Source: Squatina squatina
Lineage: Eukaryota
Length of the DNA stretch: 43,047 nt
Direction: 5' to 3'
Assembly: GCA_031763465.1 (NCBI GenBank)
Contig: JARFOE010000004.1
Coordinates: 2,320,443-2,363,489 of the forward strand
The notes under the pieces were generated by a model. It searched no databases. It was given only the letters and a program-made list of their open reading frames with translations, and had not been told where the DNA came from. Both the position numbers and the translations under genes were made by a program. Position 1 is the stretch's first letter. Every line of letters begins with the position of its first letter. Of this stretch, positions 23,236-33,800 are shown in pieces.

Positions 23236-25439
23236 ACCCGTTATATATTGCTACCTGAGCTGAGTTTCTCAGCCTTTACCTGTGCTCATTTTTTCCCACC
23301 TATTATCTTTATTAATTTTAACTTTAATTTTTTTTCCTATCGATTCTAACTTCATTTAGCAGTTTGCTTGAAATTTATGAAATTTATCCTAACTTCCCTC
23401 ATTTGCCTCCCTCCTCCCAACTTCAGTTGTGAAGGTGAGAGTAAGTTTTATTTACAAAGAGGTTCAGTTGGCTGAATCGCAGTTTTCCAGGCAATGTAAA
23501 GGCTGGGCTCAGAACGTTTACAGTCACATCCAATGATCCCTGTAAGCTACGTGGCCATGTGGCGCTGTTCAGCTCCTGCACAGCCAACTCACTGGCTTTT
23601 CAATGGGAAAAAACGCACATTCGCGGTCGTTTGAATGGGCCATGCACCGCCCCCTACATGACAAAAAAAAAATAACGGGAACATTGGTCACATTACAGGT
23701 AAATAAATCATCCCCAAACCGCTCATGAGTGAATCTGTTGGTGGTCCCGAAAGCACGATAGCACTATGGTCAATAAACAAACTCATTGCACTTCGGAGAG
23801 TTCACTTGTATATTTGCTTGAGACCAAGAATATGAAGCCATTTATTGAATATCATTTTCTACAATGCCAAAGCCTGCAACANNNNNNNNNNNNNNNNNNN
23901 NNNNNNNNNNNNNNNNNNNNNNNNNNNNNNNNNNNNNNNNNNNNNNNNNNNNNNNNNNNNNNNNNNNNNNNNNNNNNNNNNCAAAGTTAATTTCCATGCG
24001 CTCCGTGTTATCTATTCTTTTCAAACTTGACGACGACAGCCAATCTTTGAAAATCCCCAGAGAATGCACCATGGCATATATGAGTTTCAAAGGAGGATTT
24101 ATGAGGCTCCTCTACCATATTTTCAGAAATATTAAAAAAGTTATAAGTATTAAATGCCATGTCAGACTCTTACTTGGTTGTTAGTCATCTGTTTGACAAA
24201 GCTTTTGAATGCTGTAATCTGTGTCATACCAGCAATTGGAACCAAAGATGAATCATTTCATAGTTTACAATAATATGTTGATTTTCATTCCTGCGAATAG
24301 CATTCTGAGAGGCTTATATTTCCATCCTTTTGAAAACTCTTCTGTATTCCTTGTCAGTTTTATTTATTTTCAAGGGTTGAAATAAATCTTGCATTCTGGC
24401 CTTATATTCGATCTTCCAGTTTATGGATGCATTCATTTGCAACACTTAAAGCTCTGATTGGGCCCCCTTGATGACAAATCCTAATTGCTGAATAGTCCCC
24501 TTGGAGGATAAGACACACCCAGCAGTTTCTTTGTAATTCGAGCCATTCTGATTGCCCACTCCAGACAGAACAGAGCTCACTTGGAGCAGACAGGGCTCAG
24601 TCTCACAGATTAAGACCTGCTCCGACCCCTCAAAGAGTTCTTGCCCCCATTGCCCAAGTTTCTGATCTCCTCCCCGCAGCCCAAGTTCCTGACCTTCTCC
24701 CGCCAAGTCTTCGACATTCTCCCCCACCCAAGGTCCTGATCCTTCTCCCCCACCTATGTTCCTGATTTCCTCCNNNNNNNNNNNNNNNNNNNNNNNNNNN
24801 NNNNNNNNNNNNNNNNNNNNNNNNNNNNNNNNNNNNNNNNNNNNNNNNNNNNNNNNNNNNNNNNNNNNNNNNNAAGCCACCATTAAAACTGCAGGCATTT
24901 CATTATTTAGATGGTTGTCTCCTTGACATGAATGTACTTACTATCAGTTTAACTGTGCCTTTTATTACATTTTCAGGTAAATATGAATTTTGAATGCATA
25001 ATATGTTGCAAAATGTCTACTAGATTTATCAGAAAATAGTTTCTCATTTTCTTTTGCACAACCTCAGGTGGATGCCTGGTTATCACATCTTGTGAATCAT
25101 AATAAAACCAACAATATATAGCCATTTAGTACTCCCCACAATAAATGTAACTGAAAATATTTTTTATTACCAAGGTGAATGAGTTTTATCTCTGCCAATA
25201 GAATTCTTAAACTCTGTGTTGTGAGGACAACATATTTGACTGAATATATTACAGAATTACAGCAAGAATTATTACTATACTTTAAGCAGTGGGGAGCAGT
25301 GACACCTGCCGCATGGTCTGACCTTTTCTCGGCAGTGGATTGACCTCATGTGGTTGATACTATCCAGTTTTCTTGAAAACCTTCAAAATTATTTATATGT
25401 AAAAGTGTCTGCAAACGTCACCATCCTTAATGTGAATTT

Positions 25440-25815
25440 ATTTCGTCATTCCCCCCACGCCTCTCCACTTTTCTCCCCTCTCGAAGGTGATGACTGTGGG
25501 CTGGGGCACAGTTTACCTTATACAGGCCACGGTTAGTGGCCCTGTCGCCTCTTTGAATTGATCCGGGCTCAGCCTCACAGACCAGCAAAGCCTCAGGGTT
25601 TTATCTCCAGTCTGTGGTGAATCAGCTGCTCTAGGGTAGGGAGGGATGTCTCACGGGCTGCCCTCCAGTGTCTCAGCCGAGGGCTGACCAAACGACGTTT
25701 GGCAGCAGGCTATTTGGCCACGAGGGGATCACGGCCGGTGATCAATGCGCACACGTACTCTCTCATCGAGCCGGTCGCCGCACCCCAACTAAATCACAAG
25801 GGCCCTGGCTGATTT
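25440..25815 (-). mobile_element. Shark tRNA-derived SINE body with a nested opposite-strand head
   Basis: Homologous to 18070-18250 and ends CCCTGGCTGATT at a gap. Bases 25562-25645 resemble a + strand SINE head. Confidence 0.55.
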
Positions 25816-26049
25816 NNNNNNNNNNNNNNNNNNNNNNNNNNNNNNNNNNNNNNNNNNNNNNNNNNNNNNNNNNNNNNNNNNNNNNNNNNNNNNNNNNNNN
25901 NNNNNNNNNNNNNNNATTTCCCTTTGTAAACCACCCCATTTTTTGTGTGCATTTTTCCCTGTTTGCTGAGCACTTGGTAGTTTGAGAGTATTGTGTTTTC
26001 TTTTGCAATCTTCCATATTCCCACTGTTCAAAGTAATAAGTAGGTTCTG

Positions 26050-26945
26050 ACAGCAATTTGCAGGGGAACTATGGCTCACTGTGTATTCCTTCCCCTAACA
26101 CTGGTTTTAAATTATTTTTTAAAGCAGCTTCGGAATTTGCCACCCCTATAGGACAAAGGCTGCTCTGTTTTGATTTCACGTTTGACCTTGGCTTTGGTAG
26201 GCAGTTCAAAAAGAAAAATAGCGATGCACCAGCCACCACCTCAGAGCTCTCTAATGATATAGACAATACTGCAGTAAGATTAATATTTTCAAGCTCTGAG
26301 GCAAAGCTTGTATTTGCCCTTGCCTTTGGAAGGATAAAGATAAAAGATTGGTTCCTCATAATAACTGGATTCCTATTGTTTTAATATGCGGCACGGAGAC
26401 CTGAATAAAAATGACTTCATCCTTGTGTACCAAATCTGCTTTGTACCATGCTGCAAAGATCTATCTATTAACTTGCAGCGCAATAACACATTGGAAGTTC
26501 TGAAATGATAATCATATAAATATTTAACTGAAAGCAGTTAAATAAAAGATTTTTTTCCCCCCTGCAATATTCTATCAATAATATGAGAAAATGACGAGTT
26601 CATCACAATACTGGTTGATATGAATGTGCTCTGTCATTTATAACCCAACGCCGGCCCAGTTACTAATACATAGATGATGCCGCCAGGAGTCCAGATAATG
26701 ATCACAAAGCAAAACACTATTTTACTTCATAAAAAGCCTTCTATTTGCCCCAGGTAATGGTTGTAATGGAAGATAAGCAACCCTTATAAAATGTGCGCTG
26801 CAGCATCATTTCACAGAAGAGCTGGAGACTAAGGGAGAGAGAATGAAAGAAAGACCAAGAGAACTATCAAAACCTTTCAGTAGTTAAATGTCATCAGGCC
26901 GTCCGTAAAAGTGCAATTCTTCATCCACACAAAACAAATAGTCCA
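26050..26945. promoter_or_regulatory. Candidate conserved non-coding block
   Basis: About 0.9 kb with no recognised repeat, some retained CpGs, TCATAAAA/TTATAAAA, TGTCA and TGACCTTG motifs, and a perfect hairpin at 26521-26544. Confidence 0.3.
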
Positions 26946-26956
26946 GCAAAAGATTT

Positions 26957-27400
26957 GGGGCGCCCAATTGGCCTGTCCTGCGTTAGAAATGCAAAGGGAC
27001 CAAAAACAATGATTTTAGCGCCCGTTTAGCGCTACCCCACTAAATTTCGGGTCTTTGTGAAAATTTTCTGGCAACTTAAAAACTCGTGCGGAATTCAGCG
27101 CTAATGGGTGCCTGATGAGCGCTGATTGAACTTCACTGGTTTCAGCGGGCCAATTCAACATCTGATCTAAGAAGGTGCAATCAAGTGTCAGGTCACCTCA
27201 GCCCTTAAAGGGGCTCGTTCTGGATACACAAGCACTGCTTAAGTCAGCCTACTCTGAGGTCATGGATCATTGAGGAGCCTTTGTTTTGCCAAGTGAGTGT
27301 CAAGTGATGGCAGCTGTGGAGGTCGAGGGCCCCCACGTTCAGTGACCCAGCCCTTCTCTGGTCGCTGCAGTGGAGAGGACTCTTTCACCAATGGCTGCCT
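26957..27400 (+). mobile_element. Harbinger/PIF-like element 5' part with Myb/SANT remnant
   Basis: Colinear with 1788-2332 (CGTGC..ATTCAGCGCTAA, AGCGCTGATT, CCTCAGC..TTAAAG, GATGGCAG). Encodes RAPTFSDPAL at 27326-27355. Confidence 0.65.
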
Positions 27401-27659
27401 CATCTCGAAGTCTCCCATTCATATAGTATTTAGAGGGTTGAAGATATGCTTACAGTGGAACCCTACCTAATCACTCACAATGGGCATTGCACACAGCCTC
27501 TTGCCCATGCCCTGAAGTTGCACGGTGAAAGCGAAGGGTAGGCCTTGATGTACTTGTCCNNNNNNNNNNNNNNNNNNNNNNNNNNNNNNNNNNNNNNNNN
27601 NNNNNNNNNNNNNNNNNNNNNNNNNNNNNNNNNNNNNNNNNNNNNNNNNNNNNNNNNNN

Positions 27660-27836
27660 ACTCTTTTACTATTTATATGTTTATAAAAGACTTTTGGGTC
27701 ACCTTTTATGTTACCCACTAATCTATTCTTATACATGGTTTTTGCCCCTCTTATTTCCTTTCTCAGTTCTCCTCTGTACTTTCTGTATTCAGCTTGGTTC
27801 TCAACTGTATTATGAACCTGACATTTATCATAGGCC
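27660..27836 (-). mobile_element. CR1 ORF2 linker fragment
   Basis: AYDKCQVHNTVENQAEYRKYRGELRKEIRGAKTMYKNRLVGNIKGDPKVFYKHINSKR. Confidence 0.9.
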
Positions 27837-28068
27837 ACCTCATATTCCAAGTCTTCGCACATCACCATTTCCAATTGACTCAATTGACTGAAATTCGTGG
27901 ACAGCATGCCTGCAATTTTCCAACAGGCACTGGCTGTACACATGTACCATGTCGGAAATCTACCCTTATTTTTAAAGAAAACTCTGCATCTAAAACATAA
28001 TTAGTTACTTCTCATACGGTTCTGCTGCATCTTCAGCAGACTACCAAAGCAGTCTCCAAGAAACCTGA

Positions 28069-28170
28069 GGGTTGAAATTCCCTTTCACCGTGTTTGCGGC
28101 GCTTATTGAAAATTTTTGTGGGTTTTAGCACCCGGCGCTAATGGATTTTAAAAGCAGGCAAAGTCAGCAC
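28069..28170. mobile_element. MITE/Harbinger-like left end
   Basis: GGGGTTGAAATTCC terminal motif followed by GCGCT/GGCGCTAA motifs; runs into a gap. Confidence 0.5.
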
Positions 28171-28270
28171 NNNNNNNNNNNNNNNNNNNNNNNNNNNNNN
28201 NNNNNNNNNNNNNNNNNNNNNNNNNNNNNNNNNNNNNNNNNNNNNNNNNNNNNNNNNNNNNNNNNNNNNN

Positions 28271-29088
28271 ACAGTATTATTGCTAATTTGGTTTGACCAA
28301 TCTATATGTAGATTAAAGTCACCCATGATTACAGTTGTACCCTTATTACATGCATCTCTAATTTCCTATTTAATTCCGCCCTACATCCCCACTACTGTTT
28401 GGGAGTCGATATACAACCCCCACCAATGTTTTCTGCCTCTTGGTGTTTCTTAGCTCCACCGATACAGATTTCACATCATGATTTTCTGAGCCAATATCCT
28501 TCCTCACCATTGCACTGATTTCCTCCTTTACTAACAACGCCGCCCCACCCCCTTTTCCTTTTTGCCTGTCCTTCCTAAATATTGAATACCCCTGGATGTT
28601 CAGTTCCCATCCTTGGTCTGCAGCCTGCAGCCATGTCTCCATAATCGCAACTATATCCTAACTGTTTATATCTATTTGCGCTGTTAATTCATCTACCTTA
28701 TTGCGAATGCTCCATGCATTAAGACATAGTGCCTTTAGACTTGTCTATTTAACATTATTAGTCCTCTTAGCTTCTTTTTACACTATGGCCCTATTTGCTT
28801 CTCACCCTTGTTTTCTCTGCCTTCCACTTTTCCTTCTCCCTTTTCTGTCTTTCGTTTCTATCCTTGTTTCCCCCACCTCTGTCTGCCTGCTCAGGTTCCC
28901 ATTCCCCTGCCAGTCTAGTTTAAACCCTCCTAGACAGCACTAGCAAACCACTCCCCACAGCGGACATCAGTACCAGTCCTGCCCAGGTGTAATCCGTCCA
29001 GTATGTACTGGTCCCACCTTCCCCAGAACCGGTCCCAATGTCCCAGGAATCTGAATCCCTCCCCCCAACACCATCTCTCCAGCCACGT
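28271..29088 (-). mobile_element. CR1 ORF1 C-terminus and ORF2 APE endonuclease
   Basis: WLERWC..EGFRFLGHWDRFWGRWDQYILDGLHL, then LNAWSIRNKVDEL...METWL...FRKDRQKGKGGG...VGVVYRLPNS...MGDFNL. Confidence 0.95.
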
Positions 29089-29187
29089 GGATAAATCCAA
29101 ATTCAAATATGTCTTTATAGTACTCGTGTTTCACATAGTGATTGAAAATAGTAACTCAGCCAAAATCTCACCTTCTTAACTCTTAAG

Positions 29188-29630
29188 GCCTGATGTTAAC
29201 CTCTCCTCCTCCCCAAGTGCAGGGTGAGGGTGGGGGAATAAGAAAACAGGGTGCTCACGGTGCATTCCCCATGCATTCTTGCCCAACCCCTCCCCTCCAC
29301 CCCACATTTTAACTTGCCTGAGTTTCCGCCAGAAGAGGGGAGACTTCATTTAAATGGTGCCGACCAACGCAGGCGCTATTTTAACTGTGGGCCAGTCTGT
29401 GACCTGCACAGACTCGAAACTGTAAGTGAGAGCTGGCGGCAGGGAGGATCCGACTCACAGGACTCTCAGGTAAGTCCATTTCTTTTATCCTTTTTAAGGG
29501 TCCTTTGTGAGCCAGAAGGCGCAGGAGTGTTCCTCCTGGCCCCAGATGGACGCTTTGGCCTTCCCTTGCCCTATGTTTCCCACCCCTTCCGATCGCTAGA
29601 AAATATGAACTGTTAAATGCTATTGCCCAG
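29188..29630. mobile_element. MITE-like remnant
   Basis: Starts GGCCTGATGTTAAC, has repeated ATTTTAACT and raised GC, and ends near GTTAAA...GCCC. Confidence 0.4.
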
Positions 29631-30249
29631 ATACAAGGACTAACAGAAAAATCTAGGCTGTTTCCACTTAACCGAAGGCATGGATATAACAATGGAACTT
29701 GAAAGATAAGTTAATGTCATCTGGAGTGCAGTTGGTTCAGAAGTAGATATAGATTTGTGCAGAGGACAGGTCTGAAACAGTGACTGCATATTTCTTTCTG
29801 TCACTGAATGTTATTTTACCAAGTCAAGGGGAAAAAAAAATGAACTGTACAGGAGGAATTCAGATGAGAGAGAAATGTGCTCGGTGCTTGTAGTTCAGGC
29901 AAGCCTAATGAAAGGCAACAAGAAAGCAATACTAGCTGACAGAAAGTGCTTTCGATTTACAGAGAAAAAAATGATTGAAAACTGGATTTCATAAAACTCT
30001 TCTGATAGAAGGAGTTAAAGCTAAGTAATAGGGGTCTTGTAACTTTGGATTTCAGTAACCTGTGAAATGCTGCAACTATAATATCTGCTGAAGCTTGGCT
30101 AGCTGTGCAGGATTACTTAATTCACCAANNNNNNNNNNNNNNNNNNNNNNNNNNNNNNNNNNNNNNNNNNNNNNNNNNNNNNNNNNNNNNNNNNNNNNNN
30201 NNNNNNNNNNNNNNNNNNNNNNNNNNNNCCGAATGCACTCTATGAACTC

Positions 30250-30422
30250 CATCGTTGAGTATATTCAAGAAAGAGATTGATAGATTTCTAGATATTAAAG
30301 GCATCAAGAGATATGGAGATAGTGCAGGAAGATGGCGTTGAGGTAGAAGGTCAGCCATGGTCTAATTGAATGTCGAGGGGCTGAATGGCCTACTCCTGCT
30401 CCTAGTTCTTATATTCTTATGT
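30250..30422 (+). mobile_element. CR1 3' end
   Basis: SIFKKEIDRFLDIKGIKRYGDSAGRW, then GGCTGAATGGCCTACTCCTGCTCCT and a TTCTTAT tail. Confidence 0.92.
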
Positions 30423-31111
30423 AGTAATCACACACCTTAAATTAATACAGTTACATTTTAATTACCTTTTAAGAACAGTTTAAAAATCCTAGAATTCCCA
30501 TGTTAATGCTTTTATAGTATTATAAAACACAATGATTTTCTTTTATACTCATCCATTCATTAGTTCTATATCGCCGTGACTGTTTCAATTAAGCTAATTA
30601 TACACAGCATGGGCCTGCATGAGAATAATTGACATGTTTAAATTTTAGGTTATCTTGTAGTAATTCCACGTATTAAAGTTCTCATTAATTTGACAAATTA
30701 GTGACATAAACTCACGTTGTTCGAAAATGATTGGTGGTTGTACCTTTTCTTTTATAACTTGAGATTATCTGAAAATAAGTGGAATCCATGATCCATTAAA
30801 ATGACATGAGTCATAAAAGTCTCTGACAAGTCAACAAGACGAATATTGCCTGTCACCCGCTGTTGTGAAAAAGATTCTGTCTGATTTGTAGTATTTGAAT
30901 TCATCTTAATAATATATTTTTACCATCACTAATCAGGAGAAGAAAGGCTGGAACTTGTAAATAATTAAACAATGATGAAACAACTAGCACAGGGGTATTA
31001 ATATGTATTGACCACAGGGATTCAATCACCAACCACACACTGAAAAATTCTGAAGCTGTTTGAAATTACTTTCTGGTTCAGCAACGTTACCTATACAACA
31101 ATAAACGTTTG

Positions 31112-31250
31112 CAGCACAGGAGGAGGCCATGTTCTTTGCTGTAGCAATCAAAAACAAATCCCATTTCTCTGCTCTCTCTCTCTCTCTCCATAGTCCTGTA
31201 TCTTTGTCTACTTCAGATATTTAATCGACTTTTCCCTTAATGCATGCAAC
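31112..31250 (-). mobile_element. Degenerate CR1 3' end with internal (CT)n
   Basis: CAGCACAGGAGGAGGCCAT...CCCATTTCTCTGCTCTC...CCATAG; (CT)n run at 31172-31188. Confidence 0.5.
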
Positions 31251-33056
31251 GGTTTTTACCTCAAATACTCGGCGGTGGAACAGTTTCCGAAACTCTCTCG
31301 GTAAGGAAATTGGGGTAGATTTTGCACTTGTGAAAAATGGTAAAACAGGTGATAGCAAATTGGTGTCCAGTTTTACTTCTCTCCTGACTTCGAGTTCACT
31401 TGATTTCAATGTTAATAAAAATCAGGAGAGATTTCTATCAACAATATTACGNNNNNNNNNNNNNNNNNNNNNNNNNNNNNNNNNNNNNNNNNNNNNNNNN
31501 NNNNNNNNNNNNNNNNNNNNNNNNNNNNNNNNNNNNNNNNNNNNNNNNNNNGGGCTTTTTTCGGTTTTTTTTTTTTTTTCTTAATCCTATCCATCACAGT
31601 GTTCTTAGTAAGTTAAAAGTTCTGATGGGTTGGTGATGATGAGGTATGTTCAGCTGGCCTGTGATAATGTGTGGCTGGAGGAGTTTCTGCCTCACTGGAG
31701 ATAAACAGGCCAACACTTCAAGATTTAATAAGTACGTTAACCCACTTGAGTATCAATTCTGTGGAGTGGACGTGAGAAATACATTTTCAAAGCTTGTAAG
31801 AGGTCTTCCTTCAACAACAAGAAATTGTTGGATTCTCGCTCCTTGGAATTTGACAACTATGAAGATAAATTTCCCAAGAATTATTAAGTTAGAATCTTAA
31901 TAGGAATAATGAATAATTAGAGTGTGCCCATGAGGACTTAAATAACACAAAATGACATAAAGTTAATCATATCCATGAAATAGCACATAATTGCATATCT
32001 TAGCTTACTGATTGACACCTTGATCAACCAAACCTCCTTCTGTAGAGTTCAAGAGATTTGGCCTAGATTATTAATGAAGTTATGCAGATGAAACTTAACT
32101 CTGGTTAATGAGACAGGTTTTCTGCTTGGAGCTGCTGGAGGGGAAGTGAAGTGATATTTCAGTGATCAATTTAATAAACAAATTAATTTCCTTCGAAGCG
32201 GACACACACCTTGTTAATTAAGGTACTCATTGCTGAATGAACTGGGACAAATAGCACTGAAGAAATACTACCGTATATTAAACAGCACTATTCCCACAGG
32301 AGTAATCGGAACTGTCTGCCCCAGATATGCAGCTATTCAATCCAGATGTGCCTGTAGTAATGCTGGCCCTCTCAGGCCTGTGCAGCACCCTTCCCCACAA
32401 AGACAAAACCTTCACTTTCTTGTAGAATCATAGGGCCTAAAAACATGCTGGTGCTAATTTAAAGACAAGTTAAAGGTCAGCTTTAGTGTAGGCGTTAGTA
32501 CAAGAAATGAAGTATACTTATAGCTCACATCAATCCTGACGCGGAGATAAGCAAATGTCATTTCTTGTGTTTTCCTCACACTAATGAACTAATGTTGCAG
32601 TAAACACACAACATTCCTTGTACTTCTGCCTGCATTAAGTTTTCACTTCACACCACTGACCTTTCAGACACATTTCAATAGATCAAGGTGCTAATTTCTC
32701 GTTCTCTGTTAATAAGTTCGCCAACTACCAAGAATCATCTACCAAACTGTCACATTTGCATCTGTCACCTCATTTGATGTTGGCTAATTATTTAATCACA
32801 AGCTGTTGAGTAATCTAAGGATGTCATCTATTTTCAGAGCAAGATGATAAATAGTGTTCCTATCGAACTATAAATCTTGGCATGTAATTTAGGCCAAACT
32901 CGAAGACAATTATACTAACAATCCCTAAGGACACGAAATGATGATTCCATGCATGGNNNNNNNNNNNNNNNNNNNNNNNNNNNNNNNNNNNNNNNNNNNN
33001 NNNNNNNNNNNNNNNNNNNNNNNNNNNNNNNNNNNNNNNNNNNNNNNNNNNNNNNN

Positions 33057-33376
33057 TTAGTTACCAACCCTCCTGCTAGTGGAAACACTTTATCCCAATC
33101 GACTCTGTCAAAACCCCTCAATTTTGAACATCTCTATTAAATCTTCCCTTAACCTTCTTTGCTCTAAAAAGGAGAAAAATTCCAGCTTCTCTCGTCTCAC
33201 CACCTAACTGAAGTTCCTCATCCTGGTACCATTCTGCTAAATCTCCTCTGCATCATCTCAAAGACCTCGACATCCTTTCTAAAGTGTGGTGCCCAAAACT
33301 GAACACCATACACTAGCGGAGATCAAACCAGTGATTTTTAAAAGGTTACCATCACTACCTTGCTTTTGTACTCTAT
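33057..33376 (-). mobile_element. CR1 ORF2 C-terminal fragment
   Basis: IEYKSKVVM...VQFWAPHFRKDVEV...RGFDRVDWDKVFPLAGGLVT. Confidence 0.9.
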
Positions 33377-33800
33377 GGGACCAAAATTCATCATCTGTTG
33401 CGCCCCATTGGCGCCTGAGGGGCTAACAGGAAAAAATGTCGCTGGGAGGCGGCCATCTCGCCTCCCGGAAAACTCAGCAGGGGCGCAAAGGCCTTTGCAC
33501 CTGGCCAGCTGAATTTCACAGCGGGTTGGCACGTGATGTCATCAAGACGCGCGCCGACCCACACCACGCAACCGCACCCACCTTTGTGGCCCGTTTGCAT
33601 CCCGCTGCATTGGCCCTCTTAAACGGGAGGGCCTGTGTGCCTGCGGCCAGCGTCTTTATTTTTCAGCCAACTTCGTTGTCGGTCAAATGTTGGCGACCCT
33701 CGGCCGAATCAGGCCACCATCCCCTCGGGCTGGTGGCCCGATCGCCGGCGTCCCTGATGGCCCAGTGTCCGGCCGTGGGGCGTGTTCAGGATGGCCAGGA
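33377..33800. mobile_element. GC-rich MITE-like element, left part, abutting CR1
   Basis: Starts GGGACCAAAATTC after TAT. CpG-rich and shares motifs with 1-579. Confidence 0.65.

Noticed and set aside
24446-24773. Gly/Glu-rich minus-strand ORF
   Set aside because: Low-complexity C-rich DNA beside a gap, probably a repeat; no domain or splice support.
29455-29480. Strong splice donor CAG|GTAAGT
   Set aside because: It lies inside a MITE-like repeat with no plausible upstream acceptor or coding frame.
30339-30360. TGAGGTAG let-7 seed match
   Set aside because: Part of a CR1 3' end; the remainder does not match let-7 and there is no hairpin.
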